Below the pieces are notes generated by a model that saw nothing but the letters and a program-made list of their open reading frames with translations, made no database searches and had not been told where the DNA came from. From positions 56,258-120,257 of the IMG/VR virus record IMGVR_UViG_3300021440_000015: a DNA stretch of 64,000 bases; one strand, given 5' to 3'. Both the position numbers and the translations under genes were made by a program. This document shows, piece after piece, positions 1 to 8,909 of this stretch. Positions within the stretch are counted from its first letter, which is position 1. Every line of letters starts with the position of its first letter. This stretch comes from a virus.

Positions 1-29
1 TGGATAAAGATTTAAAACTCCGACGTGCC

Positions 30-269
30 ATGAACATCACTTCTGAGCTTTGCCAGATACAAGAATACTTTAAAGCTCAATCTGAATACTTCTGCACACC
101 AGCAGAACTCTATAAAGATTTGAAAGAGCTGGGTTATGATTGGGATATGATCCTGTCACAAACCCGTGGTTGGTGGACCGTGAATAACGAAACCCACCCA
201 CTGAAGTTTTTGAGTACCATGGATTTGCTCAGAATGCGCAAGGGTGAATATAAACCCTATTGGCTGTAA
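30..269 (+). CDS. hypothetical protein
   Basis: 79-aa ORF, co-oriented with downstream genes; no recognised motif. Confidence 0.55.
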   Translation: MNITSELCQIQEYFKAQSEYFCTPAELYKDLKELGYDWDMILSQTRGWWTVNNETHPLKFLSTMDLLRMRKGEYKPYWL

Positions 270-305
270 CTTAACAAAAAACATGAATGACCTTGATGGT
301 CATTC

Positions 306-665
306 ATGTCTCATTTACTGAAAAGAACAAACATCATGAGTCAAGATTATTTTAAACCAAGAGAAGAAAACGAAATAGACCTAGTGGCAGAAGTTCGACA
401 AATATTGCTAACGAACGGTTTAGGACAATCTATAGATGCCTATGACAACAATCGATTTATCACAGAAGCTGCAGACAAATGCTCATCTGTTCAGCGCTTT
501 CAGTTAAATCGTTATTTCAGCATGCAGTTGATTATGGCAACAGCTGATTCCACTGAAGAAAGATTCTGTCTTATTCCTAACGGAGATGTATCAGATTGGC
601 TGTCTTTATTTAAAGCTAAGATATTGCCGTTTCTGATACAACATAACCTTCCAAGATCTGTATAA
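306..665 (+). CDS. hypothetical protein (start may be ATG 336)
   Basis: ORF ends 9 nt before the RNAP subunit gene. Confidence 0.65.
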   Translation: MSHLLKRTNIMSQDYFKPREENEIDLVAEVRQILLTNGLGQSIDAYDNNRFITEAADKCSSVQRFQLNRYFSMQLIMATADSTEERFCLIPNGDVSDWLSLFKAKILPFLIQHNLPRSV

Positions 666-674
666 GGCATAGAA

Positions 675-1340
675 ATGGCTAATAGAAAAGAAGCAGAATC
701 GGTTATTATAACCTACATGGAAAAAATAGCTCCTGGTTCAGGTAATAGCCAAATCTATAAAAATATATTTGCAGCTATGACAGATGTGGACTTTGATAAA
801 TTTATCAAAGATCTAGAATCTGGTAAAAATTTCTTAGTCATTCAATTGCCTAACTTTCGTGAAACCGGAGTTACTATAGAGAATAACTTAGAAATAGCTG
901 ACGAACTGGAACATAATTTCTTTCAAAGAGTCTGGATACTCGGAAAGAAAGACACACCAGATCACATGTCACCAATAGAATCTTTGATATTAGACCTGCC
1001 TGTGAGAAGAGCATCTCAACTCCTTATTAAAAAGATATCTGTTCCTGATGATAGTAAAGTCGTAGACGCCATTACAGGACAACCAACTGGTGAGTCTAAA
1101 GGTGCTAAGTTATCTTATCCTGAATTACAGATATGCGCTGCTATGGGGTTAGATAACTCAATGGTGGAGTTGATGAAGTATAGAGGTGGTGATAATAAAG
1201 GTCTAGTGGCCTTTAACGCTATGCTGAGTAAATACGGTCGTGTTAATTTAAAAAGCGTTGAGCCGTATTCCTCAGGCGTAGAGTCTACAAAGACCTTAAA
1301 AACTTTCTTAACATCCATGATGCTAAAGAGTACGTTGTGA
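675..1340 (+). CDS. virion RNA polymerase beta subunit, C-terminal part (phiKZ gp149-like)
   Basis: DAITGQPTGESKGAKLSYPE aligns with the RpoB C-terminal motif (LVTQQPLGG...GQRFGEME); ~220 aa fits the split jumbo-phage RNAP subunit. Confidence 0.75.
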   Translation: MANRKEAESVIITYMEKIAPGSGNSQIYKNIFAAMTDVDFDKFIKDLESGKNFLVIQLPNFRETGVTIENNLEIADELEHNFFQRVWILGKKDTPDHMSPIESLILDLPVRRASQLLIKKISVPDDSKVVDAITGQPTGESKGAKLSYPELQICAAMGLDNSMVELMKYRGGDNKGLVAFNAMLSKYGRVNLKSVEPYSSGVESTKTLKTFLTSMMLKSTL

Positions 1341-2023
1341 CTGAAAAAATAGCAAGACAAACAATCTTTACTGATTTAGATAGTTTACTAGATACCAGAG
1401 CTGGTTGTATATCTACATTTGGTAAAGATAGTCTAGAAACAAATATAACACCTAGCTATTTTGACAGGTTGAGCGATAAGTTTCAAATAGAAGGTTATGG
1501 CGATAGATACAAGGCAAGAGATAAGTCCGTACTTAGTAACTCTTCACTGACACCTATCATAACTCTCATAATGGAATTCGTAGCCTCAACCTTACAAAAT
1601 AATTTAAATTCACCACATGTTTTTAAACCAACAGTCATCATAAATACATATCCTTATGTTTTAAACGATGAAGAATCTAATTTAGTTATAAGAATCATCG
1701 TAAATAAGACAAAAGAACATGCTGATGTACAGTTAGTGTTTATGGATTATGATGAGCTAACGCCTGCATACGTGAGAAACAATGTGTCTCTTATGGTCAT
1801 GTATGATGGTGTTAATTGGTTGGACACGCAGGCCGATGCTGGCAGATTTAATAAAAAAGCCTGTCCAGAAGTAGGTTTGATTGTACCGGCTATAGGCACA
1901 GGACCGGATCCTAAAATGGATAAAAATCCTTTTGAGATCATGGAAACTATAACAGCACCTATAATAGGGTTAAAGTTTTTACCTGTTGAGTCTTTCTCTC
2001 TTTTACTGAATCCGTTTAAATAA
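1337..2023 (+). CDS. hypothetical protein, possibly degenerate HAD-like fold
   Basis: N-terminal IFTDLDSLLD resembles HAD motif I; 4-nt overlap with upstream gene. Confidence 0.55.
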   Translation: MTEKIARQTIFTDLDSLLDTRAGCISTFGKDSLETNITPSYFDRLSDKFQIEGYGDRYKARDKSVLSNSSLTPIITLIMEFVASTLQNNLNSPHVFKPTVIINTYPYVLNDEESNLVIRIIVNKTKEHADVQLVFMDYDELTPAYVRNNVSLMVMYDGVNWLDTQADAGRFNKKACPEVGLIVPAIGTGPDPKMDKNPFEIMETITAPIIGLKFLPVESFSLLLNPFK

Positions 2024-2029
2024 ACAATC

Positions 2030-2057
2030 CCATACTGCTCTTCAAAGAGCAGTATGG
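2030..2057. terminator. hairpin between convergent genes
   Basis: ccatactgctctt / aagagcagtatgg inverted repeat. Confidence 0.7.
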
Positions 2058-2065
2058 AGTTGATT

Positions 2066-2458
2066 TTAATTTGGCTTTGTGAAAGTTTCGTAATCTAAGT
2101 TACTAGAATCCTGATCGGTTTCACCCAATACTTTATCAGTAACCTGATGTTTCTGATCAATGACGGGCGCCTCTCTTTGACTATCTGGTAGTCTAGCTGT
2201 GGTTCTGATGAGAATTTCTGAAAGACTTTTAGCAACAGCCTCTTGAGTCTTTTGACCATTGTCATCTGTTTTGATCTTAGCTTTACCTAAGATAGTAGCA
2301 TCCATGGTTTCCATGATCTTTAAAAGAAAATACCTGTCTTTAGGATTTTCAGGCATGGCTCCTTTCTTAGTAAGTTCTCTGATCATGTCTTCTCTTAGAG
2401 AAAGACCTAATTCTAACCTACGCTTATCATCAGGATCTAATACATCTTCAGATGCCAT
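2066..2458 (-). CDS. hypothetical protein
   Basis: 130-aa ORF with AGGGG RBS-like sequence upstream. Confidence 0.7.
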   Translation of the reverse strand: MASEDVLDPDDKRRLELGLSLREDMIRELTKKGAMPENPKDRYFLLKIMETMDATILGKAKIKTDDNGQKTQEAVAKSLSEILIRTTARLPDSQREAPVIDQKHQVTDKVLGETDQDSSNLDYETFTKPN

Positions 2459-2536
2459 GTATGGCCCCTTTCTTTAATTAGTAAAGTAACATATATTTTA
2501 GTTGAGTCGACCCACACTAACCATTCTGAGGATTCA

Positions 2537-3034
2537 ATGTTTCAAAAAATCAAATCATGGTTTCAAAAACCAAGAGAACCGACACAACAAGAAAAAACAA
2601 CTAAACTTATTCGTAAACTAAAAAACTTGGATTACGGATTTGTTTATTCATCAGATTTAGCTTTGGTTAGACTTAATCTAGTCAAGAAAAATATTTCTGA
2701 CTATATCAGTTATCTCAGAAAGATCAACAGGATGCTTTCAGGTAATGATGAAATCTATCCAAATTCTATTTCGAGTATTCGATATCAGATACAATTACCA
2801 GATTGGTTTATTGTAAAAGGTGGTTTTATTAACCCAAATGAACAAATGGTTTTATTCTTAGAGGAAATAGAATCGTTCATGGATATTTATAACAAGCTTG
2901 ATAATAATCATGCTCGTACCTATAATCAAGATCATAATCTGAAAATCGTGGGTAATATCTGCGGTGATCTTCTACTATTTATGAAAGATATTGAAAATGT
3001 CTGGAATCAATCCCTTCAGTCTGGATCTCAATAG
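2537..3034 (+). CDS. hypothetical protein
   Basis: 165-aa ORF, GAGGA RBS, promoter-like motif at ~2472-2506. Confidence 0.7.
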   Translation: MFQKIKSWFQKPREPTQQEKTTKLIRKLKNLDYGFVYSSDLALVRLNLVKKNISDYISYLRKINRMLSGNDEIYPNSISSIRYQIQLPDWFIVKGGFINPNEQMVLFLEEIESFMDIYNKLDNNHARTYNQDHNLKIVGNICGDLLLFMKDIENVWNQSLQSGSQ

Positions 3035-3734
3035 ACAAATTAAAACAGGTAGTGTTAACAATATGCTGACACGTCTCTTTATCGAGATGTTGAAAAACAT
3101 GGGTGTTGACAGTATCATGTACGAGAACAGAATAGACCAGTATATAACGAATGCAGGTCTTCCCAAAAACATGAAGGAACTCAGTTCTGTTCGTGGTAAT
3201 ATCAAAAAAGAACTTGCCAAGTCATCTATGTCTTGGAAAGTGTTTTTGAAATCTATGGTTTTTCTGGGTGTCAAACAGTTTAATCTGTCTGTTACTTATA
3301 AGGACATAAATGATGTAATTAAAAATATCGAACAGCAACATACTTTTGATTACAAAACCATTAACATGAAGTTGTTTGGCGGTACTGATAAAGAAAAAGA
3401 CGATGTTGGAGAAACAAACGTTCTACATAGCCTTTATCAAAAAATCCATCAGGACTTTGTTAATTCAGGTGTGACCGAACAGTCTATGGTCGTCAATTAT
3501 GCTAAGAAAACTATGCTTAATAAAGACGAACGTGACCTGTCGGCTATAAAAGGCAGCATCAAGAAAGAAATTTCTCGTGGTAATATGACTTGGAGAGTCT
3601 TTATCAAAGGACTTTGTTTCTTGGGGATAGAACATTACGTCATTGCTTTAGAAGTGATCAGGTTTGATAAAAGGGTGTTCCGAGTAGGTTTCCCTGTATC
3701 AATGACTGCCGCTGATATTGAAAATGACTACTGA
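2991..3734 (+). CDS. hypothetical protein with tandem duplicated domain
   Basis: LSSVRGNIKKELAKSSMSWKVFLKSMVFLG and LSAIKGSIKKEISRGNMTWRVFIKGLCFLG repeats. Confidence 0.7.
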   Translation: MKMSGINPFSLDLNRQIKTGSVNNMLTRLFIEMLKNMGVDSIMYENRIDQYITNAGLPKNMKELSSVRGNIKKELAKSSMSWKVFLKSMVFLGVKQFNLSVTYKDINDVIKNIEQQHTFDYKTINMKLFGGTDKEKDDVGETNVLHSLYQKIHQDFVNSGVTEQSMVVNYAKKTMLNKDERDLSAIKGSIKKEISRGNMTWRVFIKGLCFLGIEHYVIALEVIRFDKRVFRVGFPVSMTAADIENDY

Positions 3735-3743
3735 TGAAAATAT

Positions 3744-4286
3744 ATGTACAAATCAAACATAGTATCGGTACTCAACGCTGTTGACAGCAGTTGTGTCAAG
3801 CAACTCATTCTGTCAAAAACTGATAAAGATGCTGGGAATGTGTTAAATGAATTCTTTGAAATGGCTTTGGGATTCCAACCTTTTTATGCTTTCATGCCCA
3901 CGCGACTAGCTCATTTCGTAGACAGGATTCATTCTGACTCTGCATTGCGTGATTTTGTTTACAACACAGCTGAAAGTATGGTCTTCAAACTGAGATGTTT
4001 AAAAACATCTGAAGGTGTTGATGAGTACGCAGAGCTTGTTAAAATAATAGCATCCATACCTTCAGTGGCAAGAGATCACAACAATCATCTTTCACCAGAA
4101 GCTTTTCTTTCGACCGTGGATATCGCCAGTAGATATCGAGACATCACAGGCAGCAGCACATCCTCTTCTGTAAAGCTGCAAGCGTTTCTTTACGCCAATC
4201 CCATTATTGTGATGTTCTATGTGTTATCTCAACATGTAAATGAACTTCAGACATTTAACGAAATCTACATCAAGGATAGAAAATAA
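3744..4286 (+). CDS. hypothetical protein
   Basis: 180-aa ORF in tightly packed operon. Confidence 0.7.
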   Translation: MYKSNIVSVLNAVDSSCVKQLILSKTDKDAGNVLNEFFEMALGFQPFYAFMPTRLAHFVDRIHSDSALRDFVYNTAESMVFKLRCLKTSEGVDEYAELVKIIASIPSVARDHNNHLSPEAFLSTVDIASRYRDITGSSTSSSVKLQAFLYANPIIVMFYVLSQHVNELQTFNEIYIKDRK

Positions 4287-4288
4287 TC

Positions 4289-5155
4289 ATGGCACAAAAA
4301 TCTCTCTATGACGAACTTGTTCGTATTAAAAAAGCTCGGCTGAAGAACTCCGAATACGACAACAACAAACAATCAAGGTCTGGTTTTAGAGACAATCGTC
4401 GCTTTAATAATGAACCAGAATACATGAAACCTTTCAAAGATGTTATGTCTTTGCTCGGTGATGGTGTGGATCACATCAATGTCTGGACAGGCGCTGAAAC
4501 AGATTTGGGCATGGTCTTGGATCACGCAGGTCCTTTGCCGCTTAATCATCACGTCTTTGGTTTCTTTGACAACATGACCAGCTTTTGGTTTTACCTACAG
4601 AGTGTGGAGCGTGATGACAGAATCCGCAGAATGACACCACAGGCTGCTTTTAAGTTCAGTAAAAAACTAACGTTTCAAAAGGTTCTGAATTTCAAAGCTA
4701 TCATAGCTGATTCTAATTGGCAGCGGATTAAATCTAAACCAATATTGATGAATCTGCTTAAGAAATCGACGTTGCCATTTGACGCATATATGGTCAACCC
4801 AGAAACTGGTTTTAGAACAAGACCTGCATTCTTCGGTTGGTTGGTTTGGTCTTTTGAAGAGATTCGACGAGCCGTTAAAGAAGACCGCGAACCAAACTTC
4901 AACGAAATCATGGATCGTAAAGATTCTGATATTTATGATTTTGCTGTAAGACATCTTCAACATCCTAATAACAGCAGTGGTGAAAACCGTAAAAACACGG
5001 TGAGTGAAAATCTACTGAAGGATGAACATAGCAATTTGTATGAAAAGACTGAAGTCCCACAAAGTTACTCAGACGCAATTGAAGTAATTCCTGATTCAAT
5101 TCCCGAAGTAGCTTTGGATAATAACCAGGCAACGCCTGTTGTTGTTCACAACTAA
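4289..5155 (+). CDS. NADAR-like (T4 gp30.3-type) protein, possibly degenerate
   Basis: DGVDHINVW...TDLG..L...GFFDNMTSFWFYL resembles the phage DG.DHINI...TELG..LSNF...F.S.EG.W family. Confidence 0.45.
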   Translation: MAQKSLYDELVRIKKARLKNSEYDNNKQSRSGFRDNRRFNNEPEYMKPFKDVMSLLGDGVDHINVWTGAETDLGMVLDHAGPLPLNHHVFGFFDNMTSFWFYLQSVERDDRIRRMTPQAAFKFSKKLTFQKVLNFKAIIADSNWQRIKSKPILMNLLKKSTLPFDAYMVNPETGFRTRPAFFGWLVWSFEEIRRAVKEDREPNFNEIMDRKDSDIYDFAVRHLQHPNNSSGENRKNTVSENLLKDEHSNLYEKTEVPQSYSDAIEVIPDSIPEVALDNNQATPVVVHN

Positions 5156-5176
5156 GTCTTAAATCAGGTAAGAACG

Positions 5177-5205
5177 ACAGGACCCTAGGGTCCTGTTTTT
5201 TTTTT
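5177..5205 (+). terminator. rho-independent terminator
   Basis: palindrome acaggaccctagggtcctgt followed by a T-run. Confidence 0.75.
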
Positions 5206-5245
5206 CTGTTCGCAATCTTATAGTTGTTAAACAAAGGATTGAGAA

Positions 5246-6313
5246 ATGGCAATAGCTTCAAAACGTTTTTCCATTATAGGAGAAGAGACTAATTTAAGCA
5301 TTACAGATATAAACGGTCTAGAAGATACGTTTATACGTAACGACCCTGATGCTGATTACAGTGAAATAAGTGATGAGTTAGAAGAGTTTGTCCAGGATAT
5401 GATGGACGAAGTACCTTTTGACTATGAAGATGCTATCGATGAAGCCACCAGAGCTACTAAAGATCTGATAGCTGATATGAAAGATGTGAATCTCTTAGAT
5501 GTCAAAGAGATGGATAAGAGAGTACAGGATCTGTTTCCAGATAACCCTGTAGCCAGGTCTGTGTTCACACAGATGTCTGACAAATGTAAGAGAGAGCCTC
5601 TTAGCATGCAAGGGTTGGGTAAACCTTATGACCCTAGTGTTTCTTGCAACGGTAGAAAAACCAATACTAAGAATAACAGCTGTAATGCAGGTAAGTATGG
5701 AGATATACTTAACAAGCTAACAGGTGGTGCTTATAATTCTTCTTATGAAGATTTGAACGCCATGTTGAAGAAAGCCATGGCTTTGGCTTCCTTCGGTTAC
5801 AAAATGAACATGTGTGGTGTGTTCAATGCTGTTACCAAAGACATGACCAACAAGCCTATGCTCTCCAGAGCCTCTGCTGGCCTTCTAGGCATGCTTAGCA
5901 AGTCTAGCAATAGCCTAGGTGCCCTAGACGTGATAGCGAGCTCTACAGGCTTATCTCCTTTAAGAGAATTACCTGGTGCTTTATCCATGACTCTATCCTC
6001 TTTCAAAATGCCATCTGGTATGAAGGAGTTTGATATGGCTGAGATGTCCGATCGCATGATGGGTGGAGCTGAGTTGCTAGATGGTGAGTTTGACAGAAGT
6101 GAAGATATGTTATCAATCTCTGAGTTTGGAGAATACAACGAAGATCTTTCAGATGTCATGACTGCCAGAAGAACAGCTATAGCTATCGATGAAGACAGTT
6201 TGGATTTTATACCTGATTCAGATCAAGTCTTTTTAAGTTCTGCTTATGAAGCTGCTGGAACAGATGACTTCTATAGTGATGCGGCTGGATTGGTGAGTGA
6301 GGATCTTTGGTGA
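5246..6313 (+). CDS. acidic hypothetical, possibly virion protein
   Basis: 355-aa ORF; no catalytic motif. Confidence 0.65.
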   Translation: MAIASKRFSIIGEETNLSITDINGLEDTFIRNDPDADYSEISDELEEFVQDMMDEVPFDYEDAIDEATRATKDLIADMKDVNLLDVKEMDKRVQDLFPDNPVARSVFTQMSDKCKREPLSMQGLGKPYDPSVSCNGRKTNTKNNSCNAGKYGDILNKLTGGAYNSSYEDLNAMLKKAMALASFGYKMNMCGVFNAVTKDMTNKPMLSRASAGLLGMLSKSSNSLGALDVIASSTGLSPLRELPGALSMTLSSFKMPSGMKEFDMAEMSDRMMGGAELLDGEFDRSEDMLSISEFGEYNEDLSDVMTARRTAIAIDEDSLDFIPDSDQVFLSSAYEAAGTDDFYSDAAGLVSEDLW

Positions 6314-6323
6314 AGGCTGAATA

Positions 6324-6361
6324 AAAGTTTACACAGGGGATTTCCCCTGTGTAAACTTTTT
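6324..6361. terminator. bidirectional terminator-like hairpin
   Basis: aaaagtttacacagggga / tcccctgtgtaaactttt inverted repeat. Confidence 0.7.
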
Positions 6362-6385
6362 TAGTCATATATATTCTATTTGAGC
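6350..6385 (+). promoter_or_regulatory. conserved phage promoter-like motif (TGTA-N26-TTGA)
   Basis: TGTA at 6350, agtcatatatattctatttgagc at 6363-6385; same spacing as other copies. Confidence 0.65.
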
Positions 6386-6439
6386 TATTACCAATGTTTA
6401 AGTTACACATCTGTAACACTATTGGTCAAGGAGATACTC

Positions 6440-6652
6440 ATGATTCAATTCAACAAAGAAAACATCATTGCTTTTGCAGTGGGCGCCGCAGCAATCACTG
6501 TTGTCGATGCTGCCTGTCGCGCAATCTACCGCGCGCGCAAAAACAAAAAAGCTGCAGAAGCCACAAACAAAGCAGCTGCAAAAGAAGCTGGCGAAACAGC
6601 AACCACTGCTGGCGAAACAGCAGCGGCAGCCGCCGCAGCTGCTGCAACCTAA
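6440..6652 (+). CDS. small Ala-rich protein with N-terminal hydrophobic segment
   Basis: AAGGAGATACTC-ATG RBS at 6428-6442; MIQFNKENIIAFAVGAAAITVV...; own promoter motif and terminator. Confidence 0.7.
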   Translation: MIQFNKENIIAFAVGAAAITVVDAACRAIYRARKNKKAAEATNKAAAKEAGETATTAGETAAAAAAAAAT

Positions 6653-6664
6653 GTTGCTGCGGTC

Positions 6665-6700
6665 AAAAAAGACACCCTTTTTAGGGGTGTCTTTTTTTTT
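6665..6700. terminator. bidirectional terminator
   Basis: aaaaaagacaccc / gggtgtcttttttt between convergent genes. Confidence 0.75.
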
Positions 6701-6703
6701 GCT

Positions 6704-8854
6704 TTAAACGCGTGTTGCGTCTGTGGCTCCGCTTAAAATAGATGAGTTACCAACTATACCTTCTAATATATTACCGACTAATGTCCATGACAGTGAACCA
6801 GATGTGGTTGTGTCATGTATTATAGAAGCCCATTCTGCTGAAGAAGTTAATCTATTAAGTCTGAGCATTTCTTTAGCCATTCTTAATTTAGCCTTAGGGA
6901 AGGAAAAGAACTGGCTGTAAAGATCTTGACCAGCGAGAACTGCTAAATAGTCATGCAGGATATTATCTTCATCTAAAGTCATCTCAACTGTACTTCCAAA
7001 AATACCTGATGCGGTTAAAGGCATATGCATAATAGAAGACAGATCAACAACTGTAAAGCTTACATCAAGGGCCAGTGCAGTACCTTTTGTATTGAAAGGT
7101 AGATTAGACGTGCCTCTTGTTATAGTGAGGGATTCTATCATACCTAGTTTAATTTGACATCTACCCCTGTCGTACAGCTGACAGATCATAGGGCTACCAT
7201 AAGCTGCCCTGCCTACTGACATAGGTAATGTACCAGCTAATAGCATACACAAAGGTATGTATATGTTCTGCATTTGAGACATCACGTTTCCATAAGGACT
7301 TATGAGTTTTATTTTATAACTTCCTGATGGTAAACGAGCATTTGAATTTTGCCAGTGTTTGGGTATGTCTATATAACCAGCACTAGCCAGACCCATTAAG
7401 AAATTAGAAACACCGAAAGTCACGCTGCTGAGTCCGCCAGATACCATATCGCCTATGGCTCCTGTTACACTCTTAGCCATATCAGTTATAGTAGAGCTTA
7501 ACAGATTACCATCTGCCAACGAAAAACGTATGTCCCTTATACTAGATGCTGTGCCGTTTAGCGTAGAGGATATTTGAGATTCCACACTAACGTTAGAAAA
7601 AGATTCTGTGACACTCCCAGTATTATCTACTTTAAAGATAGCAAATTGGCTACCTTGTCTAAACTCAGCATTAAAATATTCAGCAAAACCAGCTGGTGGT
7701 TCTTTAACTTGACTATTTTCTTTGGATGATGAATCTATTCTAGGGTCTAATTCAGTTTGACTAGCCTTACCATCCGGTGTTTCACTTTTGGTTTTATAGT
7801 AATCGGAACCAAGCATGAACTTACTGTTAAGCCAATTCCCAAGATTACTGAATATATCATTCTCTCCTGGGTTAATATCAGTCAAAAGAACATCACTTCT
7901 TTTTTTCAAAAAGCCTTTATAAGCTGTAAGAGTGTCTTGTTTATTGGCTTCGTATTCAGCCATAAATACTCTATTAGCTGTTCTTTGGGCTTTTGAAGCT
8001 ATAGCGAAAACGTCTATGTAGTTAGCGTCATCTTCAGAAACACCAGTAAATAGATCAGGCATCAGACCTCTGATTTCTTTAAGATATTCTTTATCTAATT
8101 CAAAAGGCTGACCACCAGCTTTTTGTGCAGTTTCATCTCTAAGAACTTTAGGCATCAATCCTCTGTTAATAGCTAAAGTATTGACAAGCACATTAACAGC
8201 TGACCAGTACATATTCATAGTTGGTTTCAATGAATAGAACTTTGTTGTAGGTCTGCCAAATATGGCAGTGGTCACATTACCTAAGAACACACCTAAAGCT
8301 ATTAACGGAAATGCTCTGGCACCAATAAAGGTACCGGCAGCCTCACCTAGTTTATAAAAAAAGCTAATACCTCTGCCTGTTTTAGCTAAAGTAGCCATAT
8401 TGCTATCATAGGCTCTTGTTAAAAAGTTTAAGAGCCCATTAAACTGCGGAACACCAAATCTTAAAAAGATAGTTTGACTAGGGTCATCAATAGCTTCTGA
8501 ATAGTATCTACCCATACCACTATTTCTTACTGACCCCACTGTGGGTTCAGTAAATACACTTTTATTTTTTCCTTGTCTTATATCAGCATATGGTGTAAAA
8601 CCAGGTCTTGCATTCATCCCTATGTTGTTTCCAAGCTTAGTGCTTGTGAATTTTAAAGACGCTGAGGTGAAGTATCTGTTATAGATATCAGCCGCATCAT
8701 CTATTTCAGAATCTGAAACTAAAAATGCCTGTTTGACCCAAGCTGCATCTCTTTGCAATCCTGAAGAATCACTTACTACCTTCTTAATAGGAAATATAGA
8801 ACCACCATCTGGTGTTTCTACTATACCTGTATCTATAGTGATGTTGTTTGCCAT
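6704..8854 (-). CDS. virion structural protein (phiKZ gp182-like, tail/baseplate region)
   Basis: 716 aa, directly downstream of the giant tail lysin; synteny-based. Confidence 0.55.
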   Translation of the reverse strand: MANNITIDTGIVETPDGGSIFPIKKVVSDSSGLQRDAAWVKQAFLVSDSEIDDAADIYNRYFTSASLKFTSTKLGNNIGMNARPGFTPYADIRQGKNKSVFTEPTVGSVRNSGMGRYYSEAIDDPSQTIFLRFGVPQFNGLLNFLTRAYDSNMATLAKTGRGISFFYKLGEAAGTFIGARAFPLIALGVFLGNVTTAIFGRPTTKFYSLKPTMNMYWSAVNVLVNTLAINRGLMPKVLRDETAQKAGGQPFELDKEYLKEIRGLMPDLFTGVSEDDANYIDVFAIASKAQRTANRVFMAEYEANKQDTLTAYKGFLKKRSDVLLTDINPGENDIFSNLGNWLNSKFMLGSDYYKTKSETPDGKASQTELDPRIDSSSKENSQVKEPPAGFAEYFNAEFRQGSQFAIFKVDNTGSVTESFSNVSVESQISSTLNGTASSIRDIRFSLADGNLLSSTITDMAKSVTGAIGDMVSGGLSSVTFGVSNFLMGLASAGYIDIPKHWQNSNARLPSGSYKIKLISPYGNVMSQMQNIYIPLCMLLAGTLPMSVGRAAYGSPMICQLYDRGRCQIKLGMIESLTITRGTSNLPFNTKGTALALDVSFTVVDLSSIMHMPLTASGIFGSTVEMTLDEDNILHDYLAVLAGQDLYSQFFSFPKAKLRMAKEMLRLNRLTSSAEWASIIHDTTTSGSLSWTLVGNILEGIVGNSSILSGATDATRV

Positions 8855-8870
8855 GTTTCACCTTTTCGGA

Positions 8871-8906
8871 AAAGTAGACAGGCGTTTAAAGCCTGTCTAC
8901 TTTTTT
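8871..8906. terminator. terminator-like hairpin
   Basis: aaagtagacaggc / gcctgtctacttt inverted repeat. Confidence 0.65.
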
Positions 8907-8909
8907 ATT

